NCBI GenBank assembly: GCA_943788985.1
Contig: CALSSJ010000011.1
Span: 1 to 64,000 of the forward strand
From: an uncultured Lentisphaerales bacterium
GTDB taxonomy: Bacteria > Verrucomicrobiota > Lentisphaeria > JABSQK01 > UBA12247
Direction: 5' to 3'
Length of the DNA stretch: 64,000 bases
Shown: positions 53,817 through 64,000 of the stretch, in pieces
Position numbering within the stretch: the first letter of the stretch is position 1
Layout: every line of letters begins with the position of its first letter
Translations under genes and position numbers: made by a program
Notes under the pieces: generated by a model
Databases searched by the model: none
Seen by the model: the letters and a program-made list of their open reading frames with translations, nothing else
Told to the model about the DNA's origin: nothing

Positions 53817-54830
53817 ATGAAAGTTGCAGTAGTCACGGGCGAGCGGGAAGCCACAATCGTCGACCAGCCCGATCCTTGCATCAAAGCACCGTTCGTCAAG
53901 GTGAAGATTTACGCCGCCCCGATGTGCACGGAGGTCCACGCCTACGCCAATGGCAACGTCTCCGACTGCCTTGGGCACGAGGCAGCTGGAGAGGTCGTCG
54001 CCGCCGAAGCTGGCAGCAAGGTTGCTGTGGGAGACCGGGTGGTTGTGATGCCGCAGTATGGCTGTGGTGCCTGCGAGCTATGCGTATCCGGTGAGCATAT
54101 CCACTGCCAGCACAGCATCGACCCGTATGCCTACTGTGACTCCTCCAGCGGCCGGGCGACCTACGCGCAGTGATGCATCAAGCAGGATTGGCTGTGCCTA
54201 CCCATACCCGCCGACATCTCCTACGGTCACGCCAGCATGGCCTACTGCGGGCTTGGCCCGACTTTCAACGCCATGCAAAAGATGCAGGTCAATGCTCTCG
54301 ACACCGTACTCATTTCTGGTTTGGGCGCAGTTGGCTTGGGCGGTGCTGTCAACGCGATCGCCCGTGGTGCTCGCGTTCTTGCCTTAGAAAGCCAGCCGTT
54401 CCGCGCCGAGTTAGCCCGGTCTATCGGTGTCGAAGTCGTCATCAATCCCAACGATCCGGATAAGCTCCAGCAGATCCGCGAACTCACCGGAGGGCATGGG
54501 GCAGACAAGTCAGTGGAAGCCAGTAGTGCCGAAAGTGCCCCGGCATTTTTGGTCGAAGCCACGCGGGCCCGCGGGCAGATCACCTCGGTCGGCTGGGGTG
54601 GTCCCATCCGAGCCGCAGTACTCGTCGGTAAAGGCCAGAGTTTTCACGGTGCCTGGCATTGGAATCATCTCGTCGACGCCGAGGCCATGTTTCGTACGAT
54701 CCGGACGTCCAAATCACTGCTCGGCAAAACCATCTCGCACACCTTTCCTATGACCCGAATTAAGGAAGCATGGGAACTGCAACTGACCGGAGAATGCGGA
54801 AAGATCATCCTGCATCCGTGGGCTGAATAG
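53817..54830 (+). pseudogene. Zinc-binding alcohol dehydrogenase with an in-frame TGA
   Basis: PMCTE, LGHEAAG, CGAC..C..G..IHC, YAQ*CIKQDW at 54171, G.GAVGLG; both ORFs are in the same frame. Confidence 0.8.
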
Positions 54831-54992
54831 GGCTGGCTGCTCACCGTCTGCCGGCCTTCCAGGGCGGAATGGTTGGGGAATCAGCGATATTGTGCGTCGT
54901 TGCAGCGCACCCCGTACGGGGGCTAGAAGCCAGCCAGTTCCCCCGCGGCGAATAGCAGCACCGGACGCATCGCACCACTATGTCATCTGCAA

Positions 54993-55136
54993 TCAGACGT
55001 GGTGATGAGCGTGGTGGCTGTGGCCGATCGCGCGCTTAATCTCGTACTCTTTCAGGTGTTCCTGGTACGCCAGTACGGCAATTGCAGCGATCAGCACTGC
55101 TCCAGCCATTCCCATCAGGACGATAAACATAATCAT
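54993..55136 (-). CDS. 47-aa single-TM microprotein with His-rich tail (below the ORF-track cutoff)
   Basis: GAAAGGAG RBS, then MIMFIVLMGMAGAVLIAAIAVLAYQEHLKEYEIKRAIGHSHHAHHHV*. Confidence 0.65.
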   Translation of the reverse strand: MIMFIVLMGMAGAVLIAAIAVLAYQEHLKEYEIKRAIGHSHHAHHHV

Positions 55137-55276
55137 GGCGTTAACTCCTTTCAGTCAATCTACTCTATGTGACACGACTAACTGGCTAAAGTTCGATCCA
55201 GTCGTATTCAAGAGCCGAAAGCCCGCGCTCGGCCTTTTCCGTATCAGTACCGCCTGAGCGCCGCGCGCTGGCGGCG

Positions 55277-58200
55277 CTACTTGACTTCGAGGGGGAAGCT
55301 CTGGGAGTGGCTATTGAACTCCGGGGCGTACATGCACTCAATCAGAGCCATGCCGCTCTGGTACTGGCCTTTGTGTTGGACGCGACAGGAGTATTCGAAG
55401 ACATACGTGCCCTTGGGCAGGTAGCCGATGAAGAAGTGGCTAGCGGTGTCTTTGGTAGACTCGTAGTAGCGGAGGCCGTCCTGGTGTTTGTAGCTGGAGA
55501 GGACGTTGACGGGTTCGGTGCCGCTGCCCCGCTGGTCCTTCATGTGGACGTACTCCATGTCTCGATCGACACGAAGGACGATGCGGGTGACGAGTTCGTC
55601 GCCAACCGCGAGGGTGCCAGTCACTGGCTTGAGCTCGGGGCCCTTCTTGGTATTTACCTTGGTGTAAAGGGTTTTCTGTAGAGTGAGAGGGGTGGCCTCG
55701 TGCGGCGTGATCTTGCTCATGTCTTCGAAGTATTGCCAGTGGACGCTGCCCCAGGCGACGCCGTCGTCGACCTTGGTGAGCTTGATCTCGCCCATGGCGG
55801 GTTGGACCTCAGTGCGGCTAAAGCGTTCCTGATAGAAGCCGGTGCCAGCCTCAACGTTCTGCGGCTGGATGATTTGGCCACCGAGGGAGACCTGGACGAG
55901 TTCTTCGGAGGCAAGCAGGTCAGTGCCGCGCAGGAGCAGGGCATAGACGGCGTCGGCAGTGGCTTTGGTGGTCTTCCAATCCTGCGTCTGTTTCTGCTTG
56001 AGCAGCCAGACTTTACAGTCTTCAACGGATTGCTTGTCCTTCGCGACTTCATCGAAGGCCTCGATCATCACGGCCTGGGTCTCGATGGGAGCCCGGTACC
56101 ACCACCAGGAATATTCTTCGTCACGCCAGTGCATGCCGAGTTCGTCGTCAGTCTTGGAGAACTCTTTGAGCGAAGTCATGATGTCGGCGGGCGTGACTTT
56201 TTCCTGGCCGAATCGCTGGACGGCGAGGGCGAGGTGGGCCTGGGACTGCCGTGGCAGCGTAAGCCAGTGTTTGGCGGCCTGGGCGAGGAAGTAGGCGACG
56301 GCTTCTTCGTGCTCGCGAGCGATGGTCTGGTCTTCGAGAAAGAAGCTACGGCCGTAGAGGTAAAGGGCGATGGTGCTGGTGAGGTTGTTGGCGTCTTTGT
56401 GTCCGTGCTTGAGGATGTGGCGGTAGGTGTCGTCGACCCAGCCGTCAAGCTGCTTCAGGGATTTTATGGCGGGTTTGAGGTCGAGGCCCTTGAGCCCGAG
56501 GTGACGGAGACGGCCGAAACCGGTGGTGATATAGAGAGTGATGTAGTCGCTAGCGCGGCCGCCTGCAAACCAGGGCCAGGCGCCGTTGGACAGTTGCATG
56601 TCCGCGAGCTTGCGCATGGTTCTTGCGGACTCCGTATCAAGCCGGTTGTTGTCGAAAAGGATGCCGATCTGGCGGCGGGCGGCGCTTTCATCTTCGCCCT
56701 GCACGAGCCATGGGGTCTCGGCGAGCATGACGGCTTTGAGGTCCTGGTTTTTCTCGAGCGGGCTGTCGAGAGTCTCGGTGCCTTTCCAGAGGTCGAAGAT
56801 GCGGCGGATTTTTGGGTCGGACTGGGCGATGTGGCGGGCTAAGAGATTGGCATAGAGGCGGTTAAAGGTCTGCTCGCTGCACGCATGCTCGTATTCCATG
56901 AGGTACGGCAGAGCCATGACGGCGTACCAGGAGGGATTGGAGACCATCTGGACGACAAGGCTCTGGTGGGCGAGGGTGTCGGAGGTTGCGGACTCCGCAA
57001 GCTTGGCGAAGCGGAAGTCCTTGCTGCCGGCTTCGCGGATGGGCAGGGGCAGGGACTCGGTGACGAGGATGCGGCGGGAGAGGACGGGTAGGTAGCCTTC
57101 TTCGCCATCGGAGAGTTTGCCGGTAGAGCCGACGACTTTGTATTGGAGGAAGCCCATGCCGTCGGGAACGGAAATCTGCCAAGCGTAGGTGCGGGACTCT
57201 TTGGCGGGCACCTCGAAGGGCTTGTCGGTGGTGGTGAGGCCGAGGGCGGTGTCGACGGATTGAAGGGTGCGTGCGTTGGCAAAGGTAAGGCGGACGGAGC
57301 CCTGCTGGCGGGTGGCGGAGAGGTTTGTGACTTTGACGGTGAACTCAAGGGCATCGCCTTCGCGTAGGAAACGCGGCGGATTGGGCTGGACCATGATGTC
57401 TTTGGCGGTGACAAAGGTGTCCTGGAGGAAGCCGGAGCGCAGCTCTTTGTCGTGGGCGAAGGCCATGAACTTCCACTGGGTGAGGGCTTCGGGCATGGTG
57501 AACTTGAGCTTGACCTTGCCGTCAGCAGCGCTGAGCAGTTGGGGGAAGAAGAAGGCGGTCTCTTGGAGATTCGTGCGGGCTGAGACCTGGCTGAGGTCAG
57601 GTGGCGGGGGAGCTGGCAGGCTATCGGATTCTGCGCTTCCTGCCTCGTCGCGGCCCTTGGCTTTCCTCGCGGGTGCCATCATGGCCTTGTCTTCCATCGG
57701 CGCATCGGCCATCGCCATTACCGTTGCTGGAGCAGCCGCCGACAAGGCCATCGGCATGCTACGCATCTGGTGCCTGCCAAAGTGTGCCTGTAGGACGTGG
57801 TTGGCGGTAAGCTCGCTGGGGAAGGTGCGATAGTTGAGGTTGACCCCACGGTTGCCGGTCGGCCAGTGGCCGTGGATGTGGTTGAGGCTCTGAAGGACGT
57901 TCTGGAAGCGGGAGTGCAGACGCGGGCTGGCCTGGCGAAAGACGTTGAAGGCCCGCTGCCAGGCGTGGGGCTTGAAGGCGTCGAGGGAGGCATCGTAGAG
58001 CCCGGCGACCAATTCGGCGATTGCGGACTCCGCATTTGGCCCTTCGACAACAGCAGTCCAGGTCTCGCTGACGCCGGGTTCGAGCTTGGAGACCATGTGT
58101 TCCCAGCGAATCTTGAGCTGTTTGTTGGTCCAGGGGACGTCGATCTTGCGGCTGCTCAGATAGGCACGGTTTTCACGCACTTGGGTGACGTGCAGGGTGA

Positions 58201-61200
58201 TGCCGCCACGCATGGCTTCGGTGATTTCATGCTCGAGGACTTCCTGCGTGTGCTCTGGATCGGTCCAGAAGGCGGTGAGCATTTTGCCGCGATGCTCGAT
58301 TTCGATGAAGGCGCGGGCAGTTTCGTAGCCGGAGCCCCAGAGGGCGATAAAGCTCTCGCCGGGCTGGAGGGACCAAGTGGGGGCGGCGACGAGATTGGGG
58401 ATGCGCAGATGGCAGGCGTTAGCTTTGAGATCGAGGACGCGGATGGGAAGGAGGGCCGTGACGTCGGTTTTGAAGCGGTCCTGAGTAGTGAGCACGGCGC
58501 GGTAGAGACCGGGTTTGAGCGTGGTGCTGAAGGTTATGGTGCCATCGGCGGCGGTAGTCAAACCTCGCTCGTGGACGACATCGCCGAGGTCCCAAGTGTT
58601 GGGATTTGAGAGGTCGGGAGCGGGTTTGACGGTGGCATTGCCGCCGTGGCGCCAGTGGGGCCGAAAGCCGGTGAGTTGAGCTCGCTGGACGTGCCCCGGA
58701 GCCTTGAGTCTGTGAACCTTCACTTGGACGTCGGCTGCTTGGCCTTCGCCGTCGAGGGTGCGCGTGGAGACGGCGATGTCGACGGGCTTTGTGGCTTCCT
58801 GCCATTCGTCTGCAGACATCGCAGCCTGAAGGGCGGTGTAGCCGACATTAACGATGCGCTGGGCGGAACGGGTTTCGCCCGTGTTGTCGGTGACATCGAC
58901 GTGGACGGTGTAGCGGAAGGTGGGCTCGGATTTTTTGTCGATGCTACGGTCGGGCTTAGCGCTGAAACTGATGGCAAAGGAGCCGTCGGTTGCGGACTCC
59001 GCAATGCCGTGGGCGATTTCCTGGCTGTTCCCGGGACTGGGGGGCCACCACCAAGAGCACCAGCGCCACCAGTCAGGGTAGCGGACTTCGCGGACGACGC
59101 GGTAGCGGACTTTGGCACCGTCGACTGCGGCCCCGGTGTAGGCCTTCGCGTGGCCTGTGAGGCTGACGGTATCATTGAGCCGGGCGGCTTGGGTGGGTGC
59201 ATCAAGGGTGACTTTGAACTTTGGCCGTTTGTACTCTTCGACGTTGACCGAGGTCTGACCGCGCGGGTTGCCGGTACGGAGCACCATGCGGCCGGCGAGG
59301 CGATCGGCAGGGGCGGTGAAGCTGCCGCTGAACGAGCCGTAGTCATTGGCAGTGTGCTCTTGCTTGGCAATTTCTTTGCCGTTGACGTCGCGAAACTGGA
59401 CAGTGACGGATTGGTTACTGAGGGTGCTGTAGGTATCGCCTTCCTGATCGAAGTGGATGCAAAGGCCCTTGTAGCGAATTTCCTGCCCGGGCCGGTAGAG
59501 CGAGCGGTCGGTAAAAAATAGGGTCTGAGTGCGAGGGCTGGGCGCGCTCCAGCTGTTCACGCGCGAGTCTTGGAGTGCGGCGAGTTGCTGGCCTTCATGG
59601 CTGGCAAGGATCATGTAGCTTTGGCGTGGACTGGCAGGGAGATGGAAGAGGCCCTTGGCGTCAGTCTGTGTTCTAGGGCCAGGCCTTTTTTCGCCGTGAT
59701 TGCCGCGCACCCAGGTGCGGATCCTGGCGCCTTGGACAGGGCGGCCATGGCGGGCGTCAAGGACGAAGCCGTGGAGCTGGTCGCTGCGGCGCTGTTCGCG
59801 CAGGATGAGCGCGAGATCACTGACCCAAAACGGGGTGTGGCTGGCGACGTTGTCCAGTTGTTCTAAGCCGGGCGTATGGCTGCTGATGAGAAAATAGAAA
59901 CCTGGCTCGAGCCCTTCGGGGACAGGGACTAGGTGCTGGCGATCATGGTAGTCGTCGGTGGCCGGAAGCACTGCGGTCCAGGCTGCCACGGGCTTTTTCT
60001 TGAGCAACTCTCGCTGTTGCTGAAGGTCAAGATTTTCCCAGCCCCAGCCCTTACGGGTGACTAAGGACTCCCAGTCGTAGCGGACAGCGCGAAAATGGAC
60101 CTCAGTGAGGTTGCGATAGGTGACGGAGATGGTGGGTAAGGGGGCATTCCAGACTCGCTCGGCCTGGATCTGTGACGACTTGGACTCGATCTGCTGGAGC
60201 AGGTTATAGCATTGATTGCCACCAGGGGTGTGGGGAAAGAGTGTGTTGCCGCGGGAGGCGAGTGTGTGGGCTGCGACACGCTCACCCTCGTCGTAGAGGA
60301 CCTGGCCCCAAGCAGCTAGAGCGCGAGCGGAGATGCGGTGGTCGGCATTTTCGGTGACAAAGTGCTCGAGCGCGGCTTTGTAACGGTCGGCTTTCTCGGA
60401 GCCGACGGCGGTGTTGTGAGCGTAGACAAGGCGGGCGAGGTCAACGTCGATCAAGGCGGAGATGTCCTCGCCTTGCTCATGGAAGCGCATGAGGTCCTGC
60501 ATGAGGCGCAGGGCTTTGACGGTGTTTGCGGTCTTGTCAGTGGTTGGGAGCTGCCAAGCGAGAAAGGCCTTGGGACCGTCGAAGACTGGGCTGTCGCTGG
60601 TGAGTTCAAAGGCGTCCTGGGCTTTGGCGCCGGCCTGTTCGCCGGTGCGGTAGAAGTCGAGGGCCTGATGGGCGAGGAAGTCGTAGAGGGTGGGGCGATA
60701 GCTGTCCAGCACCCCGTTGATGGCGTCGCCGTACTTGGTGTATCCGGGCTTGTGGAGCAGGCCGTCCCACGCCTTCACTGGGATGGCCTGGAGTGTTTCA
60801 GCGGCAGCAAGCGCGGCTGAAAAGTGCGTATCGATTTCGGCAAAGATCCTGGCCAAGTCCCAGGTCTGGATGTCGTCGCCGGGTGCTTCGGCAGTCTTGG
60901 TGCGCTGCATAAAGCGCCAGCGATTCTGCTGGAAGTAGTGCCAGTACCAGTGCCCAAGCAGGGTTTCGAGCACCGGTTTCATGGCGTTGGGGGCCTGCTC
61001 GATCTCGGTGTGCAAGCGGGCGATGCGTTCTTCGGCCTTCCGGCCTTCGATGTCGCCCTCAAGCTTGATCCGAAAACCGATGCCTTTTACCGCCTCCGGA
61101 TAGTCCTTGGCGGCAAGGGATTTTTCTATCAGCGGCTCGAGCAGTTTGATCGCACTCTTGGGGCGGCCTTTGGACATCTCGAGGTTGATTTGTTCCCAGT

Positions 61201-61273
61201 TACCGGCTCTGTCGACTGCTTGTAGAGAGACCGCAGAGGTTACGAGGAGGAGAAATATAGTGGTACGGTGCAT
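55277..61273 (-). CDS. Bacterial alpha-2-macroglobulin family protein
   Basis: FTDRSLYRPGQ (MG2), VEEYKRPKF, RTNLQETAFFFP, PNPPRFLREGD, thioester CSEQ, YAPEF. Start trimmed to MHRTTIF. Confidence 0.92.
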   Translation of the reverse strand: MHRTTIFLLLVTSAVSLQAVDRAGNWEQINLEMSKGRPKSAIKLLEPLIEKSLAAKDYPEAVKGIGFRIKLEGDIEGRKAEERIARLHTEIEQAPNAMKPVLETLLGHWYWHYFQQNRWRFMQRTKTAEAPGDDIQTWDLARIFAEIDTHFSAALAAAETLQAIPVKAWDGLLHKPGYTKYGDAINGVLDSYRPTLYDFLAHQALDFYRTGEQAGAKAQDAFELTSDSPVFDGPKAFLAWQLPTTDKTANTVKALRLMQDLMRFHEQGEDISALIDVDLARLVYAHNTAVGSEKADRYKAALEHFVTENADHRISARALAAWGQVLYDEGERVAAHTLASRGNTLFPHTPGGNQCYNLLQQIESKSSQIQAERVWNAPLPTISVTYRNLTEVHFRAVRYDWESLVTRKGWGWENLDLQQQRELLKKKPVAAWTAVLPATDDYHDRQHLVPVPEGLEPGFYFLISSHTPGLEQLDNVASHTPFWVSDLALILREQRRSDQLHGFVLDARHGRPVQGARIRTWVRGNHGEKRPGPRTQTDAKGLFHLPASPRQSYMILASHEGQQLAALQDSRVNSWSAPSPRTQTLFFTDRSLYRPGQEIRYKGLCIHFDQEGDTYSTLSNQSVTVQFRDVNGKEIAKQEHTANDYGSFSGSFTAPADRLAGRMVLRTGNPRGQTSVNVEEYKRPKFKVTLDAPTQAARLNDTVSLTGHAKAYTGAAVDGAKVRYRVVREVRYPDWWRWCSWWWPPSPGNSQEIAHGIAESATDGSFAISFSAKPDRSIDKKSEPTFRYTVHVDVTDNTGETRSAQRIVNVGYTALQAAMSADEWQEATKPVDIAVSTRTLDGEGQAADVQVKVHRLKAPGHVQRAQLTGFRPHWRHGGNATVKPAPDLSNPNTWDLGDVVHERGLTTAADGTITFSTTLKPGLYRAVLTTQDRFKTDVTALLPIRVLDLKANACHLRIPNLVAAPTWSLQPGESFIALWGSGYETARAFIEIEHRGKMLTAFWTDPEHTQEVLEHEITEAMRGGITLHVTQVRENRAYLSSRKIDVPWTNKQLKIRWEHMVSKLEPGVSETWTAVVEGPNAESAIAELVAGLYDASLDAFKPHAWQRAFNVFRQASPRLHSRFQNVLQSLNHIHGHWPTGNRGVNLNYRTFPSELTANHVLQAHFGRHQMRSMPMALSAAAPATVMAMADAPMEDKAMMAPARKAKGRDEAGSAESDSLPAPPPPDLSQVSARTNLQETAFFFPQLLSAADGKVKLKFTMPEALTQWKFMAFAHDKELRSGFLQDTFVTAKDIMVQPNPPRFLREGDALEFTVKVTNLSATRQQGSVRLTFANARTLQSVDTALGLTTTDKPFEVPAKESRTYAWQISVPDGMGFLQYKVVGSTGKLSDGEEGYLPVLSRRILVTESLPLPIREAGSKDFRFAKLAESATSDTLAHQSLVVQMVSNPSWYAVMALPYLMEYEHACSEQTFNRLYANLLARHIAQSDPKIRRIFDLWKGTETLDSPLEKNQDLKAVMLAETPWLVQGEDESAARRQIGILFDNNRLDTESARTMRKLADMQLSNGAWPWFAGGRASDYITLYITTGFGRLRHLGLKGLDLKPAIKSLKQLDGWVDDTYRHILKHGHKDANNLTSTIALYLYGRSFFLEDQTIAREHEEAVAYFLAQAAKHWLTLPRQSQAHLALAVQRFGQEKVTPADIMTSLKEFSKTDDELGMHWRDEEYSWWWYRAPIETQAVMIEAFDEVAKDKQSVEDCKVWLLKQKQTQDWKTTKATADAVYALLLRGTDLLASEELVQVSLGGQIIQPQNVEAGTGFYQERFSRTEVQPAMGEIKLTKVDDGVAWGSVHWQYFEDMSKITPHEATPLTLQKTLYTKVNTKKGPELKPVTGTLAVGDELVTRIVLRVDRDMEYVHMKDQRGSGTEPVNVLSSYKHQDGLRYYESTKDTASHFFIGYLPKGTYVFEYSCRVQHKGQYQSGMALIECMYAPEFNSHSQSFPLEVK

Positions 61274-61681
61274 AAGAGCCTTCCTATCCGACGGGAACTG
61301 AGTATACGCATACACTCGTAAGCAGCGTAGGGCACGGCGTTTTCCGCAGTGATTACAAAAAAAGTTTTCGCTGTTTGCTCCGATCCTCCTTGCCAATGCT
61401 CGGTGCCCGAGTCAGAAGGTCCGCAGTTGCTGTTTGATTCCTCGCTGAATACTGGGCAAAAGCTGGCCTTGAAATACGAATGGGCGCATCTACCCACAGG
61501 CGACTGTAGGTCTCCTACCTTCCTGAGGCGAGTGAACTCTCGCAGAATGGACCGCACACAATTAGGGGGGCAGCTTTCTCCGAGGCGACGATGAAGTCTA
61601 GCTTGATTGGTATTTATGGATGTTCATGGTAACAGAAGTAGGATCACATAGCTCCCCTAAATAGGACGAGTAGGAGACGCC

Positions 61682-62110
61682 ATGAAATCTACGACCTGCA
61701 TCTTTCGGGTACTGGTGGCGGGCAGCATTCGCGCTGGCGAGGTTGGGAGCTATCGACTCGTTGTACAGGCGATTGATACTGCGGAGGACGGCACCCGGTC
61801 GCTGCACCTCGCTGGGTTAACTCTTCAGCCGGATCAATGCGACCATCACAAGTCAATCGTACTAAAAATCACAGGAACATCGCCGGATACCAGGGGCGCG
61901 ATGAGCGACGGAAGCGCTGGGCACGATGTAGTTATCCTGCGTGCGGGCTACTCCCCCTGGGTAGTACTCAACCGTGGCGAAACCAGTCGGGTAAAGCAGG
62001 AAGTTGCCGAGCGCTTGGCAGACTCTGAAGCCAATTTTCCGGCCGGGCACAACGGAGGAACAGCACAGAAATTATGTTCGCTACTTACGGGCAATTCTAA
62101 AGTGGTTTGA
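61682..62110 (+). CDS. Hypothetical protein
   Basis: AGGAG RBS before the ATG; 142 aa, no recognised motif. Confidence 0.3.
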   Translation: MKSTTCIFRVLVAGSIRAGEVGSYRLVVQAIDTAEDGTRSLHLAGLTLQPDQCDHHKSIVLKITGTSPDTRGAMSDGSAGHDVVILRAGYSPWVVLNRGETSRVKQEVAERLADSEANFPAGHNGGTAQKLCSLLTGNSKVV

Positions 62111-63250
62111 TGTGACACAGGATGCCCCTGCCTATCTTACGCACAGTCATCTCTTCAGCGGGAAGGAAGGCCGGACAATTTAATTGGCACAGGAAGGGAT
62201 CACGTCCGCTGCGCTTGTAAGAGGGCTCCTCGATCTCGGGCGACAATCTGAAGTCTATGTCGCACCGGCAGACACTTTGAAGGTGAGAGGCCTACTCTAC
62301 GGAACGGCCTGTGGCCGAAAGGCTTCTTAATGCATTCGCACTCTGCGGTACGTGGCTAGTGGCTTTGGACGACATTCCGAGCCCTAAGTCAGGTCATGTG
62401 TTTGGTGCCCATATTGCGCCGGCACAGCACCTCTACCAGCGAAGATGACCGTCGGTGTGAACATGCAATACCATCAGGCGACTGTGACAGAGACACACGC
62501 TGGCGTAAAAGGCTACTTCGGGCAGAGGGGCGGATCGGGCTGGTCGTAGATATCTTTGAGGGCACTGATCAGGCATTTAAGATGACCGCGAATGTCTATG
62601 AATGCGCATCTTGGGGGAAATCAGAGCCCCCGCTCCGCCGGTTGATTACCATTGGCGGCCGTTAGTTAGCTGGCGCTAGTTCGAGAGGCATTCTGGAGAT
62701 AACGGATAAAGTCGCACCAATCTGGCAGGCCAACGACAATCGTCGTTGACGGTGTGCTATTTGCGCTCGCTGAATTAAGAGACAAAAAACATTTATCCTT
62801 GGTCGCGAAGTCTATGAGGCTTCTCTAACAGAACTTTTCGCTTTGAGCTCACGTGCCCAGCCGAACGGTTCGCTAGGCAGTAGCCCCCCAGGAAAACGGT
62901 GCCTACTGGTCTGGAGCGAGGCTGACTGAGCTAAGGTTCCAGTACGGTTTGGATCGTGGATGATGATCGCGCGGTCTGGGGCTAGATCGAGCTGCAACTC
63001 TCTGAGCTCCGAATCTTTAGGATTCAGTTTCGCTGGCCAAGACGGACCTTGAAGCGTCAGCAATGCTGGCAGGTCTGGGCAATAAATGCGCTGGTGAAAT
63101 CGGCGATTAACTCGCGGTCGCACTTTCTCGCTGCAGCGGTCTGATGATGATTCCTGGGATTGCACATTGACGTGAGCGCCGCGCACGTATTTTACTGATC
63201 CATCGCTTTTCTCCGCCCGGCGCGGTCGTGCGCCCCTTTCACGAGAGTCC

Positions 63251-64000
63251 ATGTCCCTTCTCCAATCCTTACTCCGCAAGCGATCCCACAAAGGCAAGCG
63301 CCAGGTATTGGTGGAGGGCGCAAGCCACGTGGGCCTGATTCGTCCGCATAATGAGGATAGCTATGTCTACGCCCGGAGCGAGGATGGCCAATCCGTCATG
63401 CTGGGTGTGGCAGACGGCATGGGCGGCCATGAGGGCGGCGAAGTTGCAAGCTTCCTGACTGTTCGGTACCTGCTTGCTGCCTGGAACAGTGCGGACCAGG
63501 AGACCTTTACCTCCAAAGAAAAGATCCGAACCTTTCTGCGCGCAGCCTTGTGCGATGCGAATGAACACGTGTACCAAATCAATTCACGGTTGGACATTCA
63601 ATGGCCCATGGGGACCACGGCGACGATCGCCGTGATGGCGGGCGAGCGCATGGTCATAGCCCACGTCGGGGACAGCCGCTGCTATTGTTTTCGCAGACAC
63701 AAGCTTTTTCAGCTGACCTCGGACCAGACCCTAGTCACGGAGATGATCAAGCGCGGGGGGATGACGCCAGCTGAAGCCGCCATGCATCCGCTCTCACATA
63801 CGCTTACGAACTGCATTGGCACCCAGCACCGTCTGGAGATTGACTTTAAGTTGCAGACCGTGTTGCCCGGGGATCGCTATTTGTTTTGCAGCGACGGCCT
63901 GTCGTCACTTGTCGGGCCGAAGGAGCTATGCCGGACTGGATTCGAGGCAAAAGCGCCTGCAGACGCGGTCTCACGGATGATTGCCCATGCCCTCGAAGGC
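63251..64000 (+). CDS. PP2C-family Ser/Thr phosphatase (runs off the window end)
   Basis: Manual translation: SHVGLIRPHNEDS, VADGMGGHEGGEVAS, MGTT, AHVGDSRCY, LFCSDGL. Confidence 0.9.
   Translation, partial: MSLLQSLLRKRSHKGKRQVLVEGASHVGLIRPHNEDSYVYARSEDGQSVMLGVADGMGGHEGGEVASFLTVRYLLAAWNSADQETFTSKEKIRTFLRAALCDANEHVYQINSRLDIQWPMGTTATIAVMAGERMVIAHVGDSRCYCFRRHKLFQLTSDQTLVTEMIKRGGMTPAEAAMHPLSHTLTNCIGTQHRLEIDFKLQTVLPGDRYLFCSDGLSSLVGPKELCRTGFEAKAPADAVSRMIAHALEG

Noticed and set aside
24857..54173. Alternative genetic code explaining the in-frame stops
   Set aside because: The internal stops include TAA, TAG and TGA, and all three terminate conserved genes at expected positions.
55700..60820. Long antisense ORFs over A2M (also 43961..45223 and 37063..38139)
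   Set aside because: Shadow ORFs from high-GC codon bias of the real genes; no motifs.
62812..63597. Minus-strand ORFs near the right end
   Set aside because: They overlap the plus-strand PP2C gene, which has all canonical motifs.

Overview
GC-rich bacterial chromosomal window. The gene content (DUF1549/1553/1501 cluster, DUF6797 proteins, ThuA-like proteins, sulfatase) suggests the PVC superphylum, which is an inference. Left part: lysA, glycogen phosphorylase, a frameshifted GH13 enzyme with eukaryotic debranching-enzyme-like motifs, and a complete F1Fo ATP synthase operon (atpG has a 1-base frameshift). Middle and right: a carbohydrate/redox accessory region with a GH78 rhamnosidase and a sulfatase bracketed by two copies of a heptamer-repeat hairpin element. 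It also holds two Gfo/Idh/MocA oxidoreductases, two ThuA-like proteins, a PhyH dioxygenase, three AraC regulators, a planctomycete cytochrome/DUF1501 operon, two convergent DUF6797-type cytochrome c proteins, a TIM-barrel/hydrolase/Zn-dehydrogenase operon, an alpha-2-macroglobulin and a partial PP2C phosphatase. Intergenic spaces carry intact and decayed toxin-antitoxin modules and several short-unit inverted-repeat elements. Best novelty candidates: a membrane-anchored PspA/ESCRT-III-like gene pair, the repeat-bracketed cassette, a DUF1080-DUF6797-pentaheme fusion and an unannotated 47-aa His-tailed membrane microprotein. Many frameshifts and nonsense codons may be assembly error or real decay. 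All family calls come from motif recognition by eye, not database searches. No rRNA, tRNA or CRISPR array was recognised.
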